IMG/VR virus record: IMGVR_UViG_3300021400_000552 | Span: 1 to 64,000 of that record | Direction: 5' to 3' (one strand) | DNA from: a virus | Taxonomy: Duplodnaviria > Caudoviricetes | DNA: 64,000 nucleotides | Shown: piece after piece, positions 38,501 through 48,300 of the stretch | Position numbering within the stretch: position 1 is the stretch's first letter | Layout of the letters: each line of letters starts with the position of its first letter | Notes under the pieces: generated by a model | Told to the model about the DNA's origin: nothing | Database searches by the model: none | Seen by the model: only the letters and a program-made list of their open reading frames with translations | Translations under genes and position numbers: made by a program

Positions 38501-41408
38501 TGTTTGGCCAAATGATGAAACACAACAAATTTTTGGCGATACTATAGATTCGAGTTATTTAGAACCAAACGATGTATTATCAATAGAAGATTTGGAATGG
38601 CTTGAAGAAGTGTTCGGTTCTGGAGCAAATGGTATTAACTATTTCGGTTCCGCATCTTTTGGTAAAAGAAGAAAGTCGTCATCATCTGGCAGATCAAGGA
38701 GTTCGGGATCATCATCAAGTCGTAAGAGAAGAACAAGGAAACGTAGAAGCAGTAAATCTGGTGGAAACTCATCAAATAAGAAAAAGAAAAAGGCTAAAAA
38801 TACTATAGGTCTTGCAACTAGTAAAAAGACTGCTAAAACTCCTAGGGTATATAACCCATTTCGTAAAAAATCCACTAGCAAAAAGAAGAGTTCTGGTAAA
38901 AAGAGCTCATCTCCTACTACGTGGGATATGATGACGGAAGAACAACGTCAACAGGTATTGCAGGATTTGAAGGATGCAAGGCAAGAGGCTTACGATTACT
39001 TAGCTGATACATCTGAAAGAACGCTCAATAATTCTTTAGTTGATAACTGGGGTGCTCTAAATAACTACATTAAAGAAGCCCTATCTAATTTGAACCAGCT
39101 TAACAGTATTGAGGATTATGATAAAATTATTGATGCTCGTCAAGATGTGGTAAATAATTTCTTTAGTAATTTGAACGAAAAATTTGATGATGTTAAGGAA
39201 AAAATTTCTGATAATGATTTGTTTGGTACTTGGGGAGTTGATGAATCGCCAATTACTTTATTGACAGATTATAGGCAACAATTGGTGTCTATATATGCTG
39301 CCAATAAAAATGCTTTAGAAAAAGATACAGACGCAGCTAAGCAATATTTGGCATTGTTAAAAGAGGTGGATCGTGAATTAAAAAATGCTCAAAAGGAAAC
39401 GAAAAATCAGTTTGATGATATTTTCAAACTTGTTGAGCAATTAATTCGGAGAGAAAAACAGGATCTGATAGATGCCCTTGACAAGCAAAAGGATAAATAT
39501 GATGACATCATATCAAAGAAAAAAGAAAGTTTAAGGCTTACAGAAGATGAGCTTAGCTATCAAGATGATCTTACTGATTATGCTAAAGAAGAGACAAAAT
39601 TGCGTCAAAAGATCTCTGCCCTTTCACGTGATGATTCGCGTGAAGCAAAGGCTCAAATGGCAGATTATCAAGAGCAATTAAGCGATCTCTTAGATGAGCG
39701 TAATCGCGCTGTGCGACAAGAAACAATATCGCGTACAAATGATAATCTTGATAAACAACAAGAAAAATATGATGAATTTGTGGACAAATTAAAAGAGACG
39801 ATTCAGGACTTTCTTGATAATCAAGAGCTTGTTAATTCTGCAGTATATGATGCTATTGATAATCGTGAGACTAACAATTTATTACAACGTCTTTATGATT
39901 ACAATGCAGAATACGGAGACGGTCTACTCCAAACTGTTGAAGAATGGCAAATGGATTTGGCCGACGTATTGGCTGCAATGCCAAAAGATATTGTAAGTAG
40001 TATTGAAGCAGTACACGCTGAACTTATTAACGTCGTTGGTTATGGTGATGATAGTCATCTCGGTCGCTATACTGATACAATCACATCTTTTAATCATACA
40101 TTTATTGATGCGTTTGTGAGCGCATCTGATGCTTTGTCTCAAAAGTATTATAAGGAAGGCGAGATGATTGACACTCTTATTGAAAAGTACAGTAAGCTAA
40201 TCAATAAGATGGATGATTTAATTAACGGTAAAATAAGCGACGGTAAGCCAACTGGAAATGAAGCTGAAATGCGTCAACGTATGGCAAATGTTATAACGGC
40301 GCATGAAGATATGAGGACTAGTAAAGATGCTGTCGCAGAAGCTAAAGCTGCAGCAAAGTCAGCACAAGAAAAGGCGGCAAGCGCTGATGATAATGTCACG
40401 GCAAAGCAGAACGCAGTCAACAAAGCGCAGGCATCTGCTGCCGCTGCGAAAAAGGCTGTGAATGATGCTACAACGACAATTACAAAGCTTAAGGCGCAAG
40501 TAGAGACTAACAAAAAGACTCAAGCGAGCAAGCAAGCGGTAGTAAACAAGGCGCAGGCAAATTATAATAGCGCAAAGAGTGCGAAGACTGCGGCAGCAAA
40601 AACAGTTACGTCTTTAAAAAAGCAGGTTAAAGAAGCTGAGGACACATTAGCCGCCGCAAAGAAAAAAGGCGGCAATGCAGCCATCCAGAAAGCAGAAAGT
40701 GCGCTTAAAAAGGTGAAGTCTAAGCTAACTACTGCTCAAGCCACCCTTAAGAATGCAAATGCAAGACTTACAAATGCAAGCTCGAACTTAAAGACAGCTC
40801 AACAAGCATTAGCAACAGCCAAAACAAACACTGCCAAATCTCAAAAGCTTGTGGTCGATAATGTTACTGCATTAAAAGCGAAAAATACCACATTGGCTAA
40901 TGCCAATAAAGCACTTACTAATGCGAAGGCTGCATTGGTCCAGGCGCAAAATAATGCTAAAACATATCATGATGCAGCAAGCACAGCGAACGCAGAACTT
41001 GAAACAGCTGAAGCGAATTTCCAAGAGGCAAATGAATATTTCCAGGCATTAATGAACCAACCATTTGACAACGCGTCTCAATATAGTGTTTTGCAAAATC
41101 AAGGCGCGGTTTTATCACCTACAATACAAGCACAACTTGTGGCGGATGGTACTGCGTCATCTGCGTTGCAAGATACTCTGAACAACCTTGCATCTAGTAT
41201 TGATAATAGCATACAAAACAATACAAATAGTGCGCAAACATTTAACTTCGCGTTTGATATGCCATTTAATGTTGGCGGTGATATGGATGCGTCAACACGC
41301 GCTCAATTAGAGTCTGAAATTACAAATGCGGTATATGCTGGAATTAATAATGCTCTTAGAGCATATGGATTATCTACTAGTGCATCATCAAATGCATTGA
41401 AAAATTAA
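32517..41408 (+). CDS. Tape measure protein, exon 3 (spliced product 3566 aa)
   Basis: VGTALKTMSMRLRG..FGKRQAN; long coiled coils; GELGPE motifs; exon total 10701 nt is divisible by 3. Confidence 0.85.
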   Translation, partial: DTVGTALKTMSMRLRGSKTDVESAGLDAEGMATSVSKLRDEIMSLSGVDIMLDDNTFKSSYDILMGIGEVWDGLTDVNRANITELLFGKRQANIGTAILQNYERAQEILETSQNSEGSALRENEVYLNSLQGHIDKLQAKWETFSVALADSSGLKALINLGGRVIDTFTGMTNVFGSATMVLTPLIAAMSKTSNSGLFKTYNKLVNAETGAVEERVGTAWTANREEKITRTAQARTAHAEDMRHINNVASYMDSYSKGDKSQESWLKTQEKINAEMEGMGKEARVAANSMMQYGDDMDKVNNIGKTFDKDGQKRVANLEKQNKGFTGFAKSTTAMFGNIGASLAIGAGITGAMEIISALDQSMKISDGARKDAMEQTIDTYNKSTESAAENKKTIQSLASEYRTLAQGVDSQGRNVSLTADEFARYNEIVDQLVSISPSLIRGYNKEGHAIIDRNNAIKDAIDLQDEYAKAATSRYTSNESMRDIINGARINVDDALKDSRSSSVELGKAIGLDARERGTITSERDLRNDEITIKHAKEIDDALGHEVDLQHASSAELDEILAKRGEILKNTEKQAKADGLSAEQTQNRVDKATEALNTLSANQMEVDSATQPILDALQVYASQINDDTGKSIVDGLPEAMQDGYNAGLKAIAQKAATDDTFGEGQAKTAAMNLVDEMSAVYNSPEYREIMSKVEAAQDEFMNSDRNRAAMEKYKTQVAGLQDQLQALASQYEGTNAAMFEGLSQMAIDVGNFGQDNILSLANAFNPLKDKIDEARDAKSRFDDAMSGGDYNTAINAQKEIYDAMTEGTNDEGNGTMAFWTGAEEILGKGTLRDLGYDIDSVKTKLQEWAPAMKDTEAGTDALFDQFAKYRDTLNEIDGVNIAEDGSWDIPAEKYAEVARQLGISEDLLVSMVDNARHWADVKLWDSPEKAVSAIKDMESTYTDAEGKAYAFYDTVESEAHQAGLSGQELTDYMSEIGKQVELIDLQKLDFDAGTEKGKKNIKEVADQLIGMNSALDKNGKLDLTGTTAMFKQMGKSADETTHALEQFDAAGLLDTSGYDMSEFGGDLSQFVAQAFGELDTNNPFANMESSVDSMATSINNLVATLGGVPEDWLHIDGQLAKIDEATSKGRKMTDEEYEGARKTWQEERQHQGQILQNSNDPNQRRQASANIERLNKSGQALEKQAYQNGLTTEAEFEKRMHGAGADGRAVQYEEDATAIRDLSSALKEASQDGAELGTSAEQAGNKLHDIGTDTSVATAFQNVERAAQQADMSVADYIQSLSSGKDEANQLNDAYMDYLSARQDEYSSMLPEGTGQVSIEVTADVSQFESSLDEIEGLSGEQHEAVIKGVVEFEQSGGSNLEELTSALQQLPPEVRTNVIAQLKESGNQSLVDYAETLDELPPDVVTNATVETLVNYLTGSQEPPEDGSASVGYDNVSGQEPPEDESASIAYDTISDQVPPEEKTAPVKYTWGGQDEAQQSTTTVQYDNSGAPTLNGTANYTTTFDTTEAPPLPGLVTYTGDYSSLVAPTLPGTAVYSTSGLPTIAPTIHGTAIYTKKFEYKGSDNRRRALSSGTSDRRRFHSAASGKLGPTGHGGLTLTGELGPELVWLPDDNASFLTGLSGPQIQDLPANAVVWPYEETKRIFGGTLPPGVLTNRHSMGRYAASHLGSSAKGSNYKFGSVKSGKKKKGWSDYTDKWDYKYDLESISEQAYYNGLLRIYNKRKSKLSGKEKRTARKAIHDAYTELLEAQSSSWEDAVDIGTMSEATYYGKLTAQTKRYSKGKYGKQTKAYRDHLKELHDAYNDMVEAQADSLDHSLAMGGLDEAGYYRRLVGVANKYARPPKNAGKFTKEYREYQEKLKEAADAVYDREKREIDFMLGLGVGKNGGRYTAVNAYRDLQAYIRKAINGVVTSNTNTRKLTSANYVRNFLYTGTSNRRQPIPSMARGGRLGPNGRGGLTLTGELGPELVWLPDESVSFVVGVGGPEMVNLPSNAVVWPNDETQQIFGDTIDSSYLEPNDVLSIEDLEWLEEVFGSGANGINYFGSASFGKRRKSSSSGRSRSSGSSSSRKRRTRKRRSSKSGGNSSNKKKKKAKNTIGLATSKKTAKTPRVYNPFRKKSTSKKKSSGKKSSSPTTWDMMTEEQRQQVLQDLKDARQEAYDYLADTSERTLNNSLVDNWGALNNYIKEALSNLNQLNSIEDYDKIIDARQDVVNNFFSNLNEKFDDVKEKISDNDLFGTWGVDESPITLLTDYRQQLVSIYAANKNALEKDTDAAKQYLALLKEVDRELKNAQKETKNQFDDIFKLVEQLIRREKQDLIDALDKQKDKYDDIISKKKESLRLTEDELSYQDDLTDYAKEETKLRQKISALSRDDSREAKAQMADYQEQLSDLLDERNRAVRQETISRTNDNLDKQQEKYDEFVDKLKETIQDFLDNQELVNSAVYDAIDNRETNNLLQRLYDYNAEYGDGLLQTVEEWQMDLADVLAAMPKDIVSSIEAVHAELINVVGYGDDSHLGRYTDTITSFNHTFIDAFVSASDALSQKYYKEGEMIDTLIEKYSKLINKMDDLINGKISDGKPTGNEAEMRQRMANVITAHEDMRTSKDAVAEAKAAAKSAQEKAASADDNVTAKQNAVNKAQASAAAAKKAVNDATTTITKLKAQVETNKKTQASKQAVVNKAQANYNSAKSAKTAAAKTVTSLKKQVKEAEDTLAAAKKKGGNAAIQKAESALKKVKSKLTTAQATLKNANARLTNASSNLKTAQQALATAKTNTAKSQKLVVDNVTALKAKNTTLANANKALTNAKAALVQAQNNAKTYHDAASTANAELETAEANFQEANEYFQALMNQPFDNASQYSVLQNQGAVLSPTIQAQLVADGTASSALQDTLNNLASSIDNSIQNNTNSAQTFNFAFDMPFNVGGDMDASTRAQLESEITNAVYAGINNALRAYGLSTSASSNALKN

Positions 41409-41422
41409 TAGTTATTTTTTTT

Positions 41423-41454
41423 GTAGGGCGAGGCATCTACCCCGCCCTACTTTT
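41423..41454 (+). terminator. Rho-independent terminator
   Basis: GTAGGGCG...CGCCCTAC-TTTT. Confidence 0.7.
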
Positions 41455-41477
41455 GATATTTAAAGAGAGGAAAATTT

Positions 41478-42350
41478 ATGTTTAAGGAATTAGCCTTTTC
41501 TTTTGATGGCGTTCCATGTGACAAATATGGCCTGATGATTTATTTTATTGATGATTCATCAAATCGTGAGCTTAGTTTGGGCACGGACGTAACGATGATA
41601 GAGGATCGACTCTCCAAGCGTATTGATCCGATCTCATATGGTGTTAATATGAATCAGAGCTTGAGTTTTCCTCTAACATTTGGTAGTACAAGCACATTAA
41701 CTGAGGATGAAGTGGATGCCATTTTAGAATGGCTCACTGGACATCAACAATATAAATGGCTTGAACTATATGATTATGAAAATTACTGTGACCCAGAGAC
41801 GAAACAGCCAGCGATAGATAAGACGCCACAGTATAAACAAATACGAACACGATATCGTTGTCATATTAATCAAGTACAAACGGAATATATTAATGGTCTT
41901 CCATTCGCCTTTTCTGCTACTGTAGAATGTGACGGGCCATTTGGATATGTTTATCCCCCTTCTGAATTTATTTATAGCGCAGGTAATTCTAGTTCGACTG
42001 TAACGCTTGATAATTTGAGTTCGTACAATGGATATCTCTATCCGCAAATGAGACTGGAATTTAGCGGTGAAGTAAAAAAACTTTCAATTGTTAATATAAC
42101 TGATAATAATCGCGAATTCTCTATCGATGCTTCTGAAATGGAAAATGGTTTACAAAATATGATTGTAAGCATTGATAATCAGAACGGCATTATTGTCGTG
42201 GAGAATCGCACTAATATAAACTTATATCCATATTTTAACAAAAAATTCTTTCGCCTTGTGAAAGGTGAAAATGAATTAAAATTTAATACTGATAATGGTA
42301 ACTGCACTATCGTACTATCGTGCGAATGGCGGCGGAAAGTGAGTGATTAA
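41478..42350 (+). CDS. Distal tail (Dit)-like protein
   Basis: Follows TMP; FSFDG..YGL, CDGPFGY, FFRLVKGENE motifs. Confidence 0.75.
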   Translation: MFKELAFSFDGVPCDKYGLMIYFIDDSSNRELSLGTDVTMIEDRLSKRIDPISYGVNMNQSLSFPLTFGSTSTLTEDEVDAILEWLTGHQQYKWLELYDYENYCDPETKQPAIDKTPQYKQIRTRYRCHINQVQTEYINGLPFAFSATVECDGPFGYVYPPSEFIYSAGNSSSTVTLDNLSSYNGYLYPQMRLEFSGEVKKLSIVNITDNNREFSIDASEMENGLQNMIVSIDNQNGIIVVENRTNINLYPYFNKKFFRLVKGENELKFNTDNGNCTIVLSCEWRRKVSD

Positions 42351-42352
42351 AT

Positions 42353-45300
42353 ATGATTATTAATTTCTCGTCTATTCAGCGAGATTATTATGGCAATATA
42401 GAAGAGCCAGTGGTCACATTAAAAACGCCGCATGGTGCGGTGATATCAACGATACCGGCAAATTGCATCAATATGACATGTCGTTATAATGATGTGTCTG
42501 AGGTTACTTTCGACGTCCCAGGATACATTGAAGGTGTGAAAACACATGCATATGATGACATACAGGGGTTGCGACTGGTTGAAATTGGTGATTTTGGCGA
42601 TTTTGTATTAGTCAATCCAGTAAAAGAGGACGAAGATGGCATTAAAGAGGTTAAGCATTGTACGGCTTATTCATTAGAATATGTGTTCAATTACAAACAA
42701 GTGGACCTTGGAAGTGGTACGTATAATTTTTGTAATCCTCTAGATAATACGGATACAATTATGGGAATGCTCGTAGAGGCAGTACCAGATTGGAGCATTG
42801 GTGATGTCGATGAAGCATTGATAGGACGTTGGCGTACATTTGAACAGACAGACGATAATTGGTATTCATTTATGATGAATGACCTACAAAAGGCTTATAA
42901 CTGTTTGTTTATTTTTGATACTAAAAATAAGCGGATTAACGCTATCAATGTTTCTCGTGAGAATGAAAATTTACCTATATATTTATCATATCATAATTTG
43001 TTAAAGAGCGTGACAGTTACGGAACTATCGGAAGATGTGGTTACCGCATTGTCTGGTTACGGATCTGGCGATGATATGAATATCCGTGATGTTAATCCAA
43101 ATGGTACGACTAAGATTTATAATTTGGATTTCTTTATTGCACGCGGTGATTTACCAAGTGATTTAGCTGATAGGTGGCGTGAATATAAGGCGAAACTTGA
43201 GACTCAGCAAGTGGTATATTCTGGATTACAAATAGCATACAATGATCGATTAGCGCAATTATTAGCAGCGCAGGCTAATGTGTATGCGTTACAAACAGAT
43301 TACGATGCACTTGACACAACTTTGAAAACGAATCAGGAAGTGGCGTTACAGGCACAAACAGATTCGGAACGAGAGATTATAGACACTATAATAGCGGAAC
43401 TTAAAAATGAGGTGGCGCAGAAAGAACGCGCACTGATTGCAGCAAAGAAAGAAATCGCAGATGAAGATGGTAGCGGTCTAGAAAGAGACGTGGAAGAATT
43501 ACAACAACAACTTATGGATGTTGTTGAGGAGTGTAAACTTGATAACTTTTTCACTGTAGATGAGCTTGAAATTCTTTCGCAATATTTTATTGAGGATTCT
43601 ATCACAGAAGATTCTTTTGTTTTATCTGAATATGGCGCTGCCTTCGCTGACAATTTATATGCAAATCTTGATGAAAGTGCTTCAGCTCAAATTCAAGTTA
43701 CAAATTCTAAGGTGTATGCAACCGACGCCTTTGCTCTTATTGAAGATATAGAAGGTATGGATTTAGACGCCAGCCTACAACAACAGCTTATTGATCAACT
43801 TAATGATGATAAAGATAAAAGTTCGTTGGAAATGCGTGGTGGCACACTTACATTCTCATATTATGAAACCACGGATTACGGGCTGGAACAGCATACCCTG
43901 AGTGGTGATATTGTTAGTGTAGATTTTCAATATAACCTAAAAAATCTTTCTTCATATGTGGATGAAAATTCGCCGGATATGACGAAGAAGGATTATTTTA
44001 TACTAACTGCTGATTTAGCCAATGGTTCAGCGGATGACGCCCCCTACCCTTCTATGCGTTTGGCAATGGATGGATTTATTGGGAATCCAACACCGTCATC
44101 TACCGATACTACATTAGATATACATTTTAAAAATTTAACATACACTTGTACGGCATCTGTGACAGAGTTGCAAAAACAAGGCGTGCTAAAAGAGCTATAT
44201 GATTATACTAAAGACGAATTAAAGAAGCTTTCAGAACCGTCATATGAATTTAGCGTGGATTCTGCTAATTTTTTATTTGCAGAAAAATTCGAGCCATTTA
44301 AGGATGCGCTTAAACTTGGCAGTACAATTAATCTGGTTATAGATCAAGAAGAAGAAGAGGTTCTTGAGCCAATTCTTATAGAGGTTAATTTTGATTTTGA
44401 AGATCAAACTCGTTTACAACTAACTTTTAGTGATAAGTATAAGTCTTCTTCACATCAATTTAAGTTGGCTGATTTAATACAGGAAGCTACGCATTCCGCG
44501 CGTAGTGTTAGTTTAAACAAGGCATCATATTCATCATATAAGGATAGTGATGCGAGTTCTCAAGTGCGGCAGATGAAAGAGTCTGCCTTAGATGTCTCAA
44601 AAAATAAGATTATCAATGCAACAAATCAAAACCTTGAGTGGAATGAATCTGGTATTTTTCTACGTAAAAATGACGCTACTGGTTCTCCGCAACCACAGCA
44701 AATTGGTTTGATTAATGATGCGATCGTTTTCACAAAAGACGATTGGGACACTATTGAAATGGCTATTGGTGCGATTTACGATCAAAATACTGGACTTGGT
44801 TATGGAATCGCGGCACCATCTATTTATGGTACCTTAATTGCTGGTGAAAATCTTGTTATTGAAAATACTGTGCTTAGTGAAGACGGCACAGAGATTTTAA
44901 AACAATTTAAGGTAGATGCAACGGGTGCATGGTTGAATAACTCATCGCTTGTGCTCGCTAGTGATAATGGCGGGAAAATGTTTATTGATCCAGATTATGG
45001 ATTTGCAGCAGGAAATGCTGATCTTTATGAACTGGATGGTAATACAGTAATTCCAAGTTTTATAGATCCAGAAGATGGCAGCATTATCATGGATGAAGCG
45101 GAGTTGATTCATACTGCATCTGGTTCATATTACTATGTGCCTAAAAATGCGAATTTTTACTTCGATATCAAAACTGGTAATGCATATTTTGCTGGGGATA
45201 TTAATGGTAAAAATATATTAGCAGAAACCATTAATGGCATGGCTATTACACAGAACACACTTGATGGTTCAGCTATTATCAATGGCACAGTTGACGCTGG

Positions 45301-48300
45301 CGCCAAATTAACAGGTGATGTTGATGCGGATCAGCTATATAAAAATGTAGTCGCAGCTGTTAATCAATATGTTGATACACAATTGGCTAATCAAGATCCG
45401 ATAACAGCAATTAATAATAAAGTTATTCAGAACTTAAGTGCGGTTAATTTTACTGCAAATAAAATAGTTGCAGATGAATTATCTGCGGCGGCTATGGATG
45501 CTGTAAAAGCTGAAATTGGCACTCTTGATGCCGATACAATCATTTTGGATACCCCTACGGCCAAAATGATTATTGACCCTAAATATGGTATGGCGGCAGG
45601 CAATGCAAATTTATTTACGGTTGATAGTGAGGGAAATGTAACCCCATCTTTTACTGATTTAAGTGGTAATATTATTATCGATCCAAATACTGGTGCCCCG
45701 CGTAACTCTACCCTATTCTTTGATATTAAAACTGGTAAAACTTATTTTACTGGTGAAATTAGTGCATCTCAGATTACATCTGGTGATATATCATCTGATC
45801 GAATTAAGACTAATGTTATTAATGCTGTAAATGCATCAATTGGTACAGCTACTATTGACGCAGCGAAAATTGGTGATTTATCAGCGGATAAGATTACGTC
45901 TGGCGATATTGATGCGGATAGAATCAAGACAAATGTAATATCCGCTATTAACGCAGATTTAACTAGTGCTACTATCAATACAGCGCATATACCAAATCTT
46001 GATGCAAGTAAAATTACCACTGGCACTTTAAGTGCTGATGTTATTGACACAGAATCTCTACTTGCTGATTCTGCGACTATTGATGCATTAAAAGCTAAAG
46101 ATGCAACTATTGAGGGCAATATTACAGCCGCAACTGGTAGAATTGATACGCTTGAATCTACTGCTCTTACAGCTGATTCTGCGGTAATTACTAATTTACA
46201 GGCTGCCGATGCAACAATAACAGGCAGATTAGATGCGGCTGAGGGAAATATTACAACATTAACAGCAGATAATGCTACGATTAATGGCAAAATTACTGCG
46301 GCTGAAGGTCGCATTGACACTCTTGAAACTACGGCTTTAACTGCAGATTCCGCTGTTATTACAAATTTACAGGCAGCTGATGCAACTATAACTGGTAGGC
46401 TTGATGCGGCTGAAGGCAATATTACAAATTTAACTGCCAATAAAGCAGATATTACGGATTTAAATGCTGCAACTGCAGATATTAATTTATTGAAAGCAAA
46501 TAAGGCAGATATTGACCTTGCAAACGTTAATAACGCATGGATCACTAATGGAGTTATTAAAGACGCTGCTATTTCTGATGCTCAAATTATTGGTGTGTCA
46601 GCTAATAAACTTACAGCAGGAACAATCGACGCTAATAAGATCACAGTCGCCAACTTGAACGCAAAGAACCTTGTAGTTGAAACTATTAACGGACAGGCTA
46701 TTCTTGGCGGGTCTTATAATGCTGTTGACAAAACGTCCGCTGGCTATGCATCAAAGGTTCCTGCTACTGAAGGCTGGTATGAGATCGTTGACGGCGCATT
46801 TGTTAAGTCATCTGACACTTCAGTACACAACAATAAAACCTATTACACGCTTGGTCAGACAAGCGTTACAACCACAGATTATGTTGATGATATTGTTGAC
46901 GGGCTCAACGATCGTATTGACGGGGCTATTCAAACATACACAACTGATGTGGTACCAACACTCAATAATTATCCGGCAGAAGATTGGACTACAACTAAAT
47001 TGCTTGACGAGCATGTTGGTGATGTTTGTTATGTTGTTAACGCAGCATCGCAAGCTGACGGATATTGTTATAGATTTACTAAGGCTCAAGATAACAATTA
47101 CTCTTGGACTTTAATTAAAGACTCCGATGTAACAAAAGCATTGCAGGATTTAATTACAGCACAAGGCGATATATCTGGGTTAAAGTCATTTGAGACACAA
47201 ACAACGTCTTGGATGAATAACACTGATGACGAATTAACAAGTATTAAATCTCGTACATCCACACTAGAAACTAACATGGATACAAAGGTGGATACGACTA
47301 CGTTTAATACATTAAGTCAGACTGTTGATGAAAACTCGTCGTCGATTACGACACTTACGACAACGGTTAATGGGAAAGCAGACAGCTCTATTGTCACTAC
47401 CCTATCTAATACTGTCAACACTGTAAGTCAAAAGGCTAATCAAAATGAATCTGATATTCGCACTTTAACTCAAACCGTAACTGATAATGAAACAGATATT
47501 GAGCAGAAGTATAGTAATGTCACGCAAGATTTAAATGGATTTAAAACTACGGTTGGTAATACATATACTAAAGTAGCTGATTTAGTAAACAATCAGACCG
47601 ATTATTATATGTTAACAACCTCTAATGAATCTGTTGAAAATGCAAAAGAGCGATATGTAAAAACTACATTTGGCGTAGTAGCAAGCTTCGATGATGGTGT
47701 TGATAGGCCCATGAAATCGTTACAGATGGATCTCACACCCAAGCAAGACCTACACGGATACGACAGCCCGTGGATTGGTGGTTCGGGGAAGAATAAGTTA
47801 GACCAATCCGCATATACATGGCTCGATGCTACATCATATAGCAACGGAGTGTTTACCGCAGAAACACGAACCCCATTCAATTCTGCTATGGTGCGGTTAT
47901 ATAAGAATGGCGAAGTAGTAAGCACAATCAACAAAGCACCAACAGAGGGCAGTAGGGTATCCATGAATGTTACAGTGGATGACACTTGGGATGCTTGCTT
48001 TATCGGTTATCGAATGGGAGGAGCGAGCAACATTGGTGGATTGTTTAACAAGCCGATTGTAGCAGACGGAACTTATACAGTTTCTTTTATGGTAGATAAA
48101 CTTCCGTCAACAAGCGTCTATGGTAAATTCTCAAACATTCAATTTGAGAGTGGCTCAACTGCAACGTCCTACGAACCCTACTCCAACGTTTGCCCCATCA
48201 GCGGATGGGATGAAGTGGAGACGCAGAGGACGGGCGTAAATGTGTGGGGCGGTGTCACAATGGCGAACGGCATCAAAAACGCCATACCACAAGCCGTGTT

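Noticed and set aside
45769-46545. 258-aa minus-strand ORF and other minus-strand ORFs in the track
   Set aside because: Antisense shadows of long + strand genes with biased codon usage; no SD or recognisable motifs
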